Notes: generated from the sequence alone by a model not told the origin. 64,000 nt of DNA from Macrostomum lignano (GCA_002269645.1 NIVC01001568.1:62001-126000), one strand, 5' to 3'. Counted from the first letter of the stretch, positions 47,135 to 59,990 are shown. Numbers and translations: made by a program.

Positions 47135-50100
47135 GCTTCGCTGGAGGAGAGGAGGCACGACGCTCAGACCAACAGGATTTGAGTGAGATCGGTGCCAATT
47201 TTGTACAAAATCTATGCGATGCCGACCCATATGTTACGGCACATATATCCCGATGCAGTGTCGCCTTCCTGTTAGATACCGGTAGCAGACGGAATCTAAT
47301 TGGCAGCGATACTTGGTCTGCGATTAAGGCGCAGCACCCAAATTGCGTAGTTTCACCTATTTATTCCGATGCGATCCAAATGTATGATGGATCTGCACTA
47401 GCGCTGCTAGGCAAAGTTTTTATTCCGATTGAGTTTGGCGACTTTAGCGCTGAAACTGAATTTTACATCGCTAAAGGCGCCCATGAAAATATTTTGGGGA
47501 TTAACTTTATGAGAGAAAACTGCCTTGAGCTAAATTTTCAGCAAGGTATGTTGACTTTCAAATCGTTAACCCGTGTGCCAGTGAGATTTACTAGACGCGA
47601 AGCTGCAGCCAGTAGGTTGTATACAGCCGACAGGTATACAATTCCACCGCGCAGCACACGCGTAGTTGAAGTGAAAGTGGCGAAAGGGCGCCAAGATTTG
47701 AATGGCACGCCCCTGATTTTCGAGCCACTGAAATCCGGTAATAGAGTAGGCAGCCTTACTTACACTATGGCGCCAGCACTCTTAACCGTGAATGAAGGCC
47801 ACAGCTATTTAGAAATAATCAATAATAGTTCGGCTGAAATTACAATTAGAAACAATGTACTGCTTGGAGTAGCTAGTCCGCTTAAATGGCAGGACTTAGC
47901 TTACTTCGAAGAGCCATCAGAGGCGCGAGTCAGACACTTGCAGCCGGATGATGCTCAAGCAGGAAAGAAGAGCTGGATAGATCAGATAGAAATTAGTGAC
48001 CAGCTCTCAGCAGATCAGAAGAAATTAGTTAGAGAACTGCTGCTCCAAAAGAGCGCAGCTTTCGCCAAAGACGAGCTAGACCATGGGCTCACGCATCTAG
48101 TGACTCATGAGATGATCATGACTGATAACACTCCAGTCAGAATTCCGCCGCGCAGAGTGCCGCCGCACTTGCAGGAAAAGCTCGATGGCGTAATAGATGA
48201 GATGTTGGCAAAGAACATCATCAGGCCAGCATACTCCAGTTACAACTCGCCAGTGCTGTTAGTACCTAAAAAGGACGGAACAGTTAGATTAGTGTTAGAT
48301 TATCGCGAGTTGAATAAGAAATGTTTAAGGCACGTCTATCCTCTGCCTAACATTCAAGATACCTTTGCTTGCTTAAAGGGCTCGAATTTCTATTCTTGCC
48401 TAGACTTAGCGCAAGGTTTCTTTCAAATTCCGCTTAGACAAGAAGATCAGCATAGAACAGCCTTTTCAATTATTAATCGTGGCCAATTTTGCTTTAATGT
48501 GTTACCAATGGGCTTGACTGATTCGCCCGGCTCATTCCAAAGGACCATTAATTTGCTCCTAGAAGGATTGAAGCCTCATATTGCGCTGGGGTATATGGAT
48601 GACATCCTAGTTCATTCAGTAACCTTTGAGCAGCATCTTGCGCACTTAGAAACAGTGCTGCAGCGCGTAATTGACGCGAAACTGAAGCTGAAGGCGAAGA
48701 AATGTTTGCTGTTCTCAGCTGAGTTGGCTTACTTAGGACATAAGCTAACTCCCGAAGGTGTCAAGACGGATGAGGCGAAGCTCGCCGCTATCCGCGATTG
48801 GCCAGTGCCGCGCACAGCCTCGCAGTTGCGCAGTTTCCTAGGCCTGGCCCAGTACTATAAGAAGTACATTAAGGACTATTCTAGTATAGCATCGCCATTG
48901 CACGCTTTAACGCGCAAAACTATCACTAGCCTGTCAAAATTATGGACTGATGAGCATCAACAAGCTTTTCAGGCCCTGAAGGACAAATTATGTTCTTCAG
49001 AAGTTTTAGCTTATCCTGAATTTACCAGTGATCCTAAGGTGACATTCATCTTGGACACAGATGCTAGTGATATAGGAATCGGCGCATGCTTAGGCCAGAT
49101 TCAGTCTGATGGCGAAGAGCATCCTATTGCTTACTTCAGCCGCAAGTTGTCAGCTGCAGAAATGCGCTACACGACAACTAAGAAAGAGTTGTTGGCGATT
49201 GTCGATTCTCTCCGACATTTCCGCTACTATCTATTAGGGAAGAAGTTTAAGATTAGGACAGACCATTCCGCGCTTTGCTGGCTACTTCGCCAAACTGAAG
49301 CCACCGGAATTCTAGGTCGTTGGGTGCAGAGGTTGAGTGAGTTTGATTTCGAGTTGTCCCATAGAGCTGGGAAACTGCACGTCAACGCTGACACGTTGTC
49401 CAGGAAGCCGGAGACCCCGGCCCAATGTTCAACTAGCGCCTTGAATAACCCATGCGAGATACGGAGGCAACTGTCTCAGGCCCCGACTGACCGCATTGCT
49501 GGAGGAGAGTGCGCCAGCGAAAGATGCTGCTGTAAAGCGCATCAAGAGTGCCTGCGAGAAATCAGACTGGGAAAGAAGCGAGGAGGCCACTGTGAATTCA
49601 GCCCACCCGCCAGAAATCCCTCAACACTCAGGATGTGATGAAGGCGCATTAAGGCCCGACTGCTCTCCCATGAGCCCGCCTAATGCAACCGATAGTCTAA
49701 CTAAGACTCCATGGCTCGATTGCTTTCCCATAAGCCCGCCAGGTGTCGCCAAACCAAGTGCGCAGAACTCGAATTGCTCCCCGCTGAGCCGTTCTGCTGC
49801 AATGCCGACTATCTCGAAGGTCAAATCGAAGCGATCACTGACCCTGATGTCGAGCAATCCTGCTGAGATGGGCACTGAAGCGTCGATACGATGCGGATTC
49901 CAATCCCGCCTTCGACATGCCAATCAGCAGTGGATGAAGAATTCTGCCAGAGCCAGAAAGGCGCCTCAGAATTGGCTGCCAGAAGCTGAGTGCTCTGATG
50001 ATGATGATGATGCAACAGGTTCGGACTGCACGACAGAATCTGAGACCAATCGACAGCCTGATTCGCCCGATGCATTGCCGAAGCCTCAGTTGGATTTCGA

Positions 50101-52012
50101 CTCCCACCAGTCACCGTCGCTGCCAAGATGTCGATTTCTGCTGTCTGAAGCCCTAGAAGCACCGATTACGAGACAGGAGCTGCTTGAAGCGCAGACGAGA
50201 GACCCTGTACTCGCGAAAATCGCTGAGTTGAAGGCGCAGAATGCGCCCAAACCGTCTTTTGACGAGAGACTAAGCATGAGCAAGGAAATGAGAAACCTGC
50301 TCGGGTACTATGAGACCCTATGCTTAGATAATGATGGCATTCTAATGATAGATTTCGATGATAATCGACCCATTAGATTTGTCTTGCCAAAGGAGTTAGA
50401 CGCTGCAGTAATGCGCGCACTGCATGACTCCCCGCTAAGCGGCCATTTAGGCCAGAAAAAGACTCTGCAGAGAGTCCAGCAGTTATTCTGGAGACCCGGA
50501 ATTCACACTGTGGTCGATCGTTATATCGCCCAGTGCAGAGCTTGCTTAGAGAGCAAAGCCAGGCGCAAAGTGCACTTGCCGCCTCAGAAATTCCCGGTCG
50601 GAGATGTGTTAGACCGCGTACACTTGGATATCATGGGCCCAATCAATCAGCCTAGTGCTGCAGGCCATAGATATGTCCTAACCTTGTGTGACGCGACGTC
50701 GAAGTATCCGTGGGCCTATGCTCTGAGAAATCAGAAGGCCAAGACAATTATTAAAGTGATTCAGGAACAGTTCATTCCAATTTACGGTGTGCCAGCCCAG
50801 TTCCATTCTGATCAAGGAACCAATTTTACGGGCGCCGTCTTTAATAATTTTTGCAAATTATATGGGATAAGACACACAGTAACTTGTCCGTATAATCCTG
50901 CATCTAATGGACTTGTTGAGAACCTGAATCGGAATATTAAGTCTGTGCTAACCTGTCTGCTAGAGACAAAGCACAAAGATTGGGCACACTATCTGCCAGC
51001 TTGCTTAATAGCGCTGCGCACGGCTGTTCACTCAGTGACAGGATACAGCCCGCATTTTCTGATGTTTGGCCGCACGTTCAATTTGCCAATTGAAAATGAA
51101 TTGCGCCACTCACCTGATTATCAGAATTTGCCAGATTATGTGCGCCAATTTGAAAGTAGACTGAGTGAAGCGACAGCCCTAGCAAGAGAGAGAATTCGCG
51201 CTCAGCAGGATTTCCGCGTAGATCACTTTGCCGGGAAACCGCAAGTAGATCCGCTGCAGCCAGGACAATTAGTGTTCTTGGCGAATCCAGTGCTAGAGGC
51301 CGGTGAAGCGCCGAAATTCCATAGACCGCGGAAGGCCGTCTATGAGGTGATCGAGCAGAAGGGCGAGCTGGTCTACAAGATCCGTCGCCAAGGCGAGAAG
51401 CGCCGTGCTCGAAAAGAGGTGCTTGTCGTGCACCGGAAGAATCTGCTCCCCGTGCCAACTGCCGACTATCTCCCACAGGTCGCAGAAGCACCGCACCCGA
51501 TGCACCGACAGCGTTGTCATCCGGCGCCACAGGCTGCTACCGAAGCGCCAGGCTGCCACGCTGAGTTCTGCACCGAGGATTCCGACGAGGACGAAGACGA
51601 GAGCATTGTCGACGTGAATTGGGCGCACCCAGCTGCAGCCGCCGCTGCGCTGTGGTCGACGCGCTCGCCGCTGCAAGCGCGATCGCGAGGCGCCAACGCT
51701 GAAGTTGTCGACCGAGGAGCTGAAATGAGGATGGGAGATGTTGCGCCCATTGAGGTTGCGCAGTTGCCGTCACGCAGCCCAAGCCCACGCGAATCTCCTA
51801 GTCCCGCGCTCCCACCCCCCATCGCACCTGAGCAACAACTAGGAGAAATTTCAACTGTAGATAGGCAGGCAACTAGGACTAGGGACGTCGATCTAGCGAC
51901 ACTGAACCGCCCAGAGCGATTGCGCAGGGAGCCTGATAGGTTACAGGTCAACCCTAGCCGCAAGACATATGCGTCTCGCCTGGCGAGGTTACTTAACCGC
52001 ATCTTCCGTTGA
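47053..52012 (+). pseudogene. pol: Pol of Gypsy-C, one frame change in the RH-IN linker (~49440-49640)
   Basis: LLDTGS, YMDD, LDTDAS, HVNADTLSR; then H..SGHLG..C..C, VHLDIMGP, SDQGTNF, NGLVEN. Confidence 0.9.
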
Positions 52013-52205
52013 AAATAATTGCCTTCCAGCGACAATTATGTCGGACGAAGAAATGAAATCCGCGATCAGGACTACAACTAAATCTAAAAAGCCGGCGGGT
52101 GGCACTACTGTTGCCCAGAGGGTCGATCAGATGAGGAATCAGGGCGAACTCCAGCTCCGGAGCTCGGTGGCTGTTCCGCTAAATAGCCGAGTTCCCTCAT
52201 TGACC

Positions 52206-52907
52206 TCCAGCCTACCCTATTGGCAGGAAATCAGTTAGCTGAAGCCATTCTGCTAGTGTCTATTCGCGACACAGGCGCGAATAAGAGTGAGAGTGATTGT
52301 GCAGTCGCAGCACTCGTGCGCGATTCTAAGAACTAGCTGTAGTTTTATAGGCCTAGAGTCTATTGCTGCTTCAGGCGCATAGACCTATTCCTCGCCGCCC
52401 ATCTGCGCGAGACGTAGCTATTAGGTTAGTAGGAGTTAGGGGTCCTCTGAGAGCTAAACTCAGACACGCTCAAGCGCGGACAATTGTCAGTGCCAGGACT
52501 GCGCCGCTCAGGCCATTTGCTACCATTGAGTCCTGTCACTTGGACGTTGAAATATCTGAGACTAGTTGTTCTAGCGTTATTTATTTGCGTGGAGCCCAAA
52601 CAGACCCCTTCATTGCGGATCCTACGGTTCCCACGCTGGTGGCAGCACTACCCTTAATTTTAGAATTCTCCCCAGTCACAGTCCCCATAAGCGTGCTTGC
52701 TAAGGTTGCCTCGGCCAATAGCAGTCCGCCTCACCCTAGCAGCCAGATACCGAGACACTTCACTGGTGACAGCGGTGGGATACCAAGATCTTCAGGCCCA
52801 GATCCGAGCAACCCCAAATTTTAAAGCACGTCACTGGTGGCAGCGGTGGGATACCAAGATCTTCAGGCCCAGATCCGAGCAACCCCAAATTCTTAAAGCA
52901 CGTCACT
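52206..52907 (+). repeat. Partial 3' LTR of Gypsy-C
   Basis: Matches 44954-45655 at a constant offset of 7252 (the spurious 153-aa ORFs at 45111 and 52363 are identical); PPT and first ~895 bp absent. Confidence 0.9.
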
Positions 52908-53419
52908 TTATTAGTAATGTACTTGATATTGCTATTAATGCTATTGCAAGGTTTATATTTCTTTCATTATATGGTATTCCTTCTATATTTAATTTTTTAG
53001 ATAAAAATAAGGCGGGAAAAATAATCATATCAAGTAAAAGCGCTAAAATAATAGCAATTATAATCTTTAGAGTGAACTTAGTTTCATTTTGGTAGTTAAC
53101 ATCCTTTTCTTTACAATCTTTGTGTTTATCAAATAATAGGGGTGTTGGTGCTATAGAATAGGTGCTGTCACAGGTTCTGGCACAATTGTTTGCATAATCA
53201 GAGCTCATTTTCTAGTTTATTTTTTTATATAATTGCTTATTTGAGACAGCAAGGTAATAAATTTTTTATAACTAATAAAAACAATATTATTACCATTATT
53301 GTTACTAATATTATTATTGACATTTGTTCAACCGTTATCAAACTTAAATTTTCATCAAGTTCATTAATTGGCACATATCCAATGTAGGAATAATTTACCT
53401 TCATTTTTTATATATTTTT

Positions 53420-53722
53420 TTAACAATAATTCTCCGAATCGCTGGTTTCATATGAACTATTTGTTGAGTTGGAATCATCTGAACGAACCTCCCAATCATC
53501 CGAATTTAAATAATCTCCAAGTTGAAATATTAACTCACCCTCTTGTTCTAGATCATACAAACCATCCAACTCTAACGGATAAAGTTTTAGTTCGTGCTTA
53601 TCGTCATATTTTAAATAAACTTCATCAATTATTCCATTCAAAATATGTTGTTTTATAATCTCTGAATTTTTAGCAACAGTCTCAAAAGTATCACTAACTG
53701 AAAAGGTGTAAACTCGGTTCAT
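53420..53722 (-). CDS. Polinton acidic hypothetical protein (~100 aa)
   Basis: MNRVYTFSV.. starts at an ATG preceded by taaaa; the upstream extension in the ORF track runs into terminal non-coding DNA. Confidence 0.45.
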   Translation of the reverse strand: MNRVYTFSVSDTFETVAKNSEIIKQHILNGIIDEVYLKYDDKHELKLYPLELDGLYDLEQEGELIFQLGDYLNSDDWEVRSDDSNSTNSSYETSDSENYC

Positions 53723-53774
53723 TTTTAGTAACAGAAAAAGACCCTTTGCGCCTGCGGCGCGGCCTGGGGTTATA

Positions 53775-54063
53775 AGTAGTAGTATGTAAAAGTACGCTTC
53801 TAGATCAGTCACTTTTCAAACAGATGATTTGAAGGGCTAATAATGGGGGGACGCGAGGGAATTGTTTGGAAGTGTTAGTAGTATTGGGTGGTGTTAGTAG
53901 TATTGTGTAGTGTTGGGGGTGTTGGGGGTGTTAGGGGTGTTGGTTAGTGTTTAATGGTGTTTAAGGGTGTTTTTTGGCTCCCCCCTCGTGTCCCCCCTCT
54001 AGCCCTTCAAATCGTCTGTTTGAAAAGGGCTCTGGGTCTAGAAGCGTACTTTTACATACTACT
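53775..54063. repeat. Polinton terminus (..catactact-3') with an internal inverted copy of the terminal ~70 bp
   Basis: agtagtatgtaaaagtacgcttctaga..tttcaaacagatgatttgaagggcta versus tagcccttcaaatcgtctgtttgaaa..tctagaagcgtacttttacatactact; AGTAGT/ACTACT ends are characteristic of Polintons. Confidence 0.75.
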
Positions 54064-54079
54064 AAGGTCAAAACCTATA

Positions 54080-54813
54080 CTTAGCAACATCAAAAAGTTG
54101 CCATTACAGAAGATTCTGTCTGTGGTCACCACTTTTGAAAATGCAGGTAAAGCCTTTGGGCGATCCTTCAGTTTTCCGCTTTTAATTATTTTTTGAAAAA
54201 TTATGGCAGGCACAGCAGGAATAAGAAATGACGATAAACTTATATAATAGTCACTCATGATAGGCACAACAGTTAACATGGATAATAATGGCGTATCCAA
54301 TACAATATGTTCCCGAATTGGCGCTCTTGAAATAGCCGGCGCCATAAAAACTCTTGGAGGTACATCTCGAACAGGCCATTTGCAGTACTATGCATTGCCC
54401 AGTACTTGGCCTTGCAGTTGGCCCATGCACCCTCAATGGTGCTTGTATGGATGGTAGGATCATTGGGGTCGACAAACTGGATAGAGTGATTAATGGTCAC
54501 ATGATTGGCCAGTTGATTATAGGTGGCCCACTGGTCAGTGATCACTTGGAAAAGCCAAAAAATAATTAAAAGCGGAAAACTGTAGGATCGCCAGCCTTTG
54601 AATCTTGTGAGCAATGCAACTTGTTGCTCCACCTCAGACTTGAATTGAGGACTGAAGTGAGGGAGCAAGGATTGGATGGATTAAAGCTAGGCTACCCTAT
54701 TCAGTTTTCTTGTACCTTTTGGCTTTTTATTTTAGCCTAATATTTTAGGTAGGCCTAGTCCAAGTCCAAGAGAAATTCCTCACTGGCGCATAGGGTAGCA
54801 ACTTTTCAATGTA
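54080..54813. mobile_element. Degenerate TA-flanked MITE (same family as 59722-59990) hosting the Merlin insertion
   Basis: Alignable to 59722-59990 on both sides of the Merlin (cagaagattctgtctgtggtc.., gtccaagagaaatt.ctcactggcgca). Confidence 0.65.
54159..54592 (-). mobile_element. Non-autonomous Merlin (IS1595/ISXO2-family) element, 434 bp
   Basis: ~35-bp TIRs starting ggcgatcc, perfect 8-bp TSD agcctttg, internal transposase C-terminus TDQWATY..HVTINHSIQFVDP..TIEGAW..YLQEFLWR. Confidence 0.9.
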
Positions 54814-55473
54814 GTTTATTTATTCAATAAAATTATTCCTTTTTTATTGCTAGCTTATGTCTTGCTCCTATATCTATGAAAAATGGAATGCCTTTGCAAA
54901 AAAAGCTTCCGCATATTAATAAGACATAGTAGAATCAGTCAGACAGAAATCAAACTTACCTCCACATTGGGTCCATATTAACTAACCTTGTTTAATTTAT
55001 CTGGGCTTCGTGTGTCAGAGCTGCAGGCTGGCTTCATAGTTTTTAACTTGAGCGTCGACTTATTTATCGAGATAATCGCTCGTATACAGCCCTTCGCATT
55101 CTGTGCTTCGCACCGCCTTTAAGTTAGCACACGCAAAAACTTCACCAATCGATAATTTTCAGATGGAGTGCCGATAAGTATAGATTGGATGACCAATCGC
55201 TGTTAGCGAGGACGGGGTGGTGGCCGCCGCCTGTATATATTTAATTCATTTATTTATTTATTTCATTTAGCCAAAGATGATCTTTTTACAGCCACGTTAT
55301 ATAGGCAAGATCAACAGATCTTTTTTCAGGCTAGCCTGAAGATATTTTGATCTTTTTTCCAGGCTAGCGTACTGCCGTCGGGTGTTTTGATGATCTTTTG
55401 GCTGGCCCACTTATTTAATTATAACTCACTGTTTGCGTAAGGATGAGTTTGTCAATGCACTACTGGCCCTACT

Positions 55474-55809
55474 GGGTCTCCCTAAAACACGCACCGCACC
55501 GCCCCGAACCGCTACACATTATAACATTTTTCGTCAATGCAGTATTTGACTACAAAGAAAACTATTTGTTGTAAGAGAATTGGAATAAATAACTTTAATT
55601 ATTATTTTTCATATTCTCGTTTTCATTAATAAATTATATTATGTATCACTTATTATTCACCGAATTTTATCCTTCAAAGTAAAAAAACTAAATTTAATAA
55701 AAACTTAAAGCTTAACAGAAAACGCATTTTAAAGTGTCTTCAGTTATAGTCCAATTTGTTTTAATGTGTAGCCCTGCGGGGCGGTGTGGCGTGTGTTTTA
55801 GGGAGACCC
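55474..55809. repeat. Inverted-repeat pair (MITE-like)
   Basis: gggtctccctaaaacacgc..cgccccg..gctacacatta versus taatgtgtagc..cggggcgg..gtgttttagggagaccc. Confidence 0.55.
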
Positions 55810-56264
55810 TGCACTACTGAGTAATCGAGTTAAGTAGAGTAGAGTATAACGAAAATTGTTGTGAGAAATCTGCAAAATGTGATCGACCTTTGCATTGCAT
55901 CCCTCTTTTCTGTCAGAGAAAAAATCTACATAATAATTTGCGCTGTTTTGCTGTCTGTAATTGATATTTTCGAGAACCGTCTCTAGAACCGCTCTAAAAA
56001 GTTTCAGGCGGTCATGCATAACATTTTTTTCGATGAAAAAATCGATTTAGGAAGCGGGTCAAATATTCGAAGAACGATACTTCTTAATGCTTTTTGAATA
56101 AGCGCTGGATGGTCATGATGAGGACGCACTTTTTTCCAAATCCCGCGCTAGCACATGGGTTCTAAACTTACTAGCCTACAAACAGTGGGCAATGGGCATT
56201 TTTATCATTTTTCTGCGAATTTTCATAGAATCTATACTAGATATAATGTTTGGTCATACTAGTA

Positions 56265-58088
56265 GTCATAAATCATCGCTTTCGAAGCTGGTCTGACAGC
56301 CACCTGCGCCTCACTCAGTGTTGAGGCGGGCGCCAGATGGTCTGAGAGGATGCGGGCGGTAGCTTTTTTCTCATATTTTGACAGGCCATCAAGATTTATG
56401 AGGTCAGAGCCTATTGTTCGTGTTCACTCAAGCGTGTGACAGCTTTGACAGCTATGCGTTTTACCCCTAAAAGTACTTTTGGGATTAGCGATTAGTGATT
56501 TCTCTTGATTATCTTCACTTTCACTTCACTTTCACTTAATAAGAGCTTTCTAATGTATATTTTTTCATTAATTTTTGTCAATTCTACGCGAAAAGACATA
56601 AATCATTTTGTTGCGATTTTGATTGATTTATGGGCGCACCTGTCATGTTTTTACGACCCCGAGGGAACTGATAGGATCTCCCGGTCACGTGATTCTGGGT
56701 AGCAACCAGCTTAGCCAATCAGAAAATTCGACGCTCATTTTAACAAACCGGCTCAGCCAATCAGAATCGACGTGTTCCATTATAACAAACTGCGGTCCAG
56801 TTGGCGGCTATTTAAACCAGTGTTTTTGGCCCGCTTGGACCAACTCCTCCTGGGACCTTAGCCTAGATTGAGACGTCCCGGAGCGCGACCGTCGTTTCTT
56901 GATCCCCGGATTGCGACCTCCCCCATCATCATCAAGGACGAGCCCCCCCGGTCATCAGCAGCGAACATCAAAGTTAAGATAATCACCTGCTAGCTATCTG
57001 CGAAGACTGTGACATCAGTATCATCCCGGGCCTACAGCTGCGAAGCACTAAGCCGATTCGGTCACTGTGGATTACCTGGTCTCCGGCTGTTGAGTTTCTG
57101 ATCGGTTGGGTGAGAGGCTGCCTAGACTTGCTTGATCAGGTGATTCCTTATCTGTCCCCTATTTCAGTAGCTGTATTAGGCGCACACTTTTGCTCATTTT
57201 GTTCAGTAGTGCTGTTATTGAGGCAGAAATCATTCAATAATACTGTTAGTAGTCTGATACTCCGATTCAATCTGAAGTTTGAAGTGATCAAAGGAGAAGG
57301 TTAAATCTAACAGTTATTTTTATCGGTTTTATTTCTTTGTTCGCCGATGGCTCAGATGAATAGCTAAGCTAGTAGGCGCCGGTCACAGTGGACCAATGGC
57401 AAAGCAGTTCTCAGTCGATCAATCTATTAAATCAGTTTGCGAAATTACCAATGGTGCAAAATCGGCCCTAGAGATGTACTTCTGTGCACTCTAGATTCGT
57501 CAAGCGGCCCAGGTAATGAATCATGCGGTCTCCGAAGTTCGAGTTAGTCTACCATCAGCGCTACGAGAGGCTGGTTGGCGCGTTGAAGGCCAAAAGTACA
57601 ATTCCTCGTATTTAGCAATGTAATAGTACATGAAGCTACCCCATAGACTCGCCACTGCAAGAATCCCCTGCACAAGTCCCCTCTGTACCTGCATGGCCAA
57701 TGCGATCTAGTCCCAGCAGTGTCCCTTAACATCGGCTATGACTTCGAGATTGACAGCAAAAAGACACTAGTTCGCAGGTAAGTGCTAAGCCCCTTCTAGT
57801 CGGAAGCCCGATTTCGAGAGTCCCGGTGTGGTGAGCCAGGACGTACGGGCTGGTGGCAGCGAGTTAGTTAATCTGCGGATTAGCTAATTTCTACCTTCAA
57901 AATTCTCCCTGCCTGTCTCTCGCTGTCCCTCTCTTAGCTATAGGACCTAGACTGCTCGCCACATGATCAAGCTACCATGGGGCTGACCATCTGACAGGAG
58001 TGGGGGGCCAGGACTCTAATTGATTTATTTCTGAGACCTGAGGCCCGAAGGCTTCCCCACAAGGGGGCCGAAAGGCCGAAACCCATCA
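56265..58088 (+). repeat. ~1.8-kb non-coding interspersed repeat, copy A (possibly Helentron/HINE-like)
   Basis: Inverted homolog at 61404-63192; two ccaatca boxes and tatttaaa; no credible ORF. Confidence 0.8.
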
Positions 58089-58242
58089 GTCATTTTAATT
58101 GCCAACCCATTCTGACTTGAATTGTGAAGTGATTGCGTCGTAAGTCACCAAGCTGGCTTGAAATAAATATATTCCTGAAAAATGGCACCTTCAAGATGTA
58201 CGAGCGTAATGACATTTAAGATGAACTAAAGCACAGTGTATG

Positions 58243-59545
58243 TGTAACCGGGTCAATAGCTATGACGACTTGACGGTGTGAATACCAAATCCCACCGTCG
58301 CTAGATACAGGTTTGAAATTTATTAAACTTGACGGTGTTATTTATTAAGCTAATTCTAACTTCGCTAATCTGGCTACTGACAAGTAGTCTGTCGCTGATA
58401 TTAAATCTAGTGCCGAACAAAGACAGGCATTTTGTCTAGAGTGACCTATAATTTCCTATGGGCCCTATGTCTCGCGTGACTCTAGATTTCCGTTGGGCTC
58501 TTTGTCCCTCTGGCTCTTTGTCTAGCTGCAGACTATGATTCACTCGGACTTTTACCCGGTGGTGACTCAGCGTCTGGCACAACTCAGACAGGCTCTTTGT
58601 CCGCGAAATCTTAATGAGCGGAGTGACTTGTTTCTCTATTTCCGGTAACGACAAAGGTTCCAAATAACTTAGAATTTCGGCAGCTACGAGAATATGGCCT
58701 AAGGCTATACTGCTTATAATTGCACCAGCAGAAGAGCGTTACCCTGAGATGGTCTGACAGAGTAATGCCAATGATTTCTTGATAAATTACGTTCCCCAGA
58801 TAAGTCGATAATCAATCCCAAAGCTAGAAGTCACGAAAGGTAGTTCGCTGCCACCAATCGAAGCTATGATTAAATGACTGAGAGAAATCGCTATCAAAGA
58901 AAATTTGATTAAGTTGAACTTAATAACTTAAATAGAGTTGCGAAATAATGCTAAACTGACAAATGTAATTATTGAACGATAAATTGGTAAATAAATAAAC
59001 TAGCGCACCAGCAGTAAATTAACGATAAAAAGCTTAACACCAAATAATTAATTAACAAAACACAAAGATAAGCTCGGCCTCCTGTGTCCTTTACTAAACA
59101 CAGTCTGTTAGAGCTAAGATTTAAGTCTGCCTGGCTAACCTCAATTCAATAATGATAAATTCCAATTAGACTAAGACTCATATCGAATATCGATATCCAA
59201 TCACTAATCAAATCACTAAGTTACCAGGCACTACAGGCCGGGCCTACACAAGACAATAATAACTAGACTGGGAGCACGCAGTCCGGGCAAAAGAGAGGTA
59301 ATTCACAGCTGGCCGTCTCGCGAGCGCGGAAATTCGAACTGGTGCGCGCGGTATTTAAATACCCGCAAAGCTAGTGTATTAAAACAACTAACAGTCACTT
59401 TGTCGCGCAGATACGATACGCTATTCGTTGGCGCTTGTGCACGAGCTTCAGTGAATTAAATTTGCATATTAGTATTCCTTCATTATTCATTAGTAACATA
59501 ATAATTATTATGTAATTAACGAGTAATCCAAGGAGCCCTACCACA
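58243..59545. repeat. Probable solo LTR, 1303 bp
   Basis: TG..CA ends, 4-bp TSD tatg (58239-58242 / 59546-59549), TATA-like tatttaaata ~59352, non-coding. Confidence 0.55.
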
Positions 59546-59721
59546 TATGCACATCGCACATGTTTGACTTGTATTGAGGTGACATGTACAAGGATGTGAG
59601 TTTTAAATCATGAATATAAGTCATATACGAGTATTCCATTCCATGACATGCTTGGTGCATTTTAGGAAAGACAGAAAAATTGGACGCGAGTCTTGCATTT
59701 TATTTGTATTTTTAAATTATA

Positions 59722-59990
59722 CTCAGCAACGTCGAAAAGTCGCCTTCCCAGAAGATTCTGTCTGTGGTCGCCATTTTGAGTGAGCAGGTAAGGCCTCTCA
59801 ATCTCGCGAGTGGCGCAACTTAGCTACGCTGCGGCAGACTTGAGTTGAGGAATGAAGTGGGGGAGCGGTGTGCGAGGGTTGGACGGATTAAAGCTACCCC
59901 GATCAGTTTTCTCGTATCTTTTATTTCAAGAACAGTCCAAGAGAAATTGCTCACTGGCGCAGAGAGTGGTGACTTTTCAATGTTGCTGAG
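59722..59990. mobile_element. Tc1/mariner-type MITE, 269 bp
   Basis: ~23-bp TIRs ctcagcaacgtcgaaaagtcgcc / ggtgacttttcaatgttgctgag flanked by TA. Confidence 0.75.

Larger units (their letters stand above)
44059..52907 (+). mobile_element. Ty3/Gypsy element (Gypsy-C): full 5' LTR, gag, pol, partially deleted 3' end
   Basis: Terminal IR tgatgtg..cacgtca; tRNA-Leu-type PBS; gag with two CCHC knuckles; PR-RT-RH-IN; 44954-45655 is repeated at 52206-52907. Confidence 0.93.
43957..53208 (-). pseudogene. Polinton multi-transmembrane ORF split by Gypsy-C (parts 53208-52908 and 44058-43957)
   Basis: ..LIAISSTLLI continues in frame as IALLILIITISVLINGKRK..KV* across the insertion. Confidence 0.7.
10148..54063. 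mobile_element. Decayed Polinton/Maverick (adintovirus-like) element, fragmented by nested insertions
   Basis: Native segments ~10148-11401, 20464-24130, ~33300-36400, 42085-44058 and 52908-54063 carry pPolB, adenain, a c-integrase and an ACTACT-3' terminus. Two insertions can be removed to rejoin ORFs. No ATPase or capsid genes seen. That all segments come from one copy is inferred. Confidence 0.8.

Noticed and set aside
58030-58088. Possible hammerhead ribozyme (ggccgaaaggccgaaac)
   Set aside because: The required CUGANGA core is absent before the stem, stems I/III were not found, and copy B lacks this segment.
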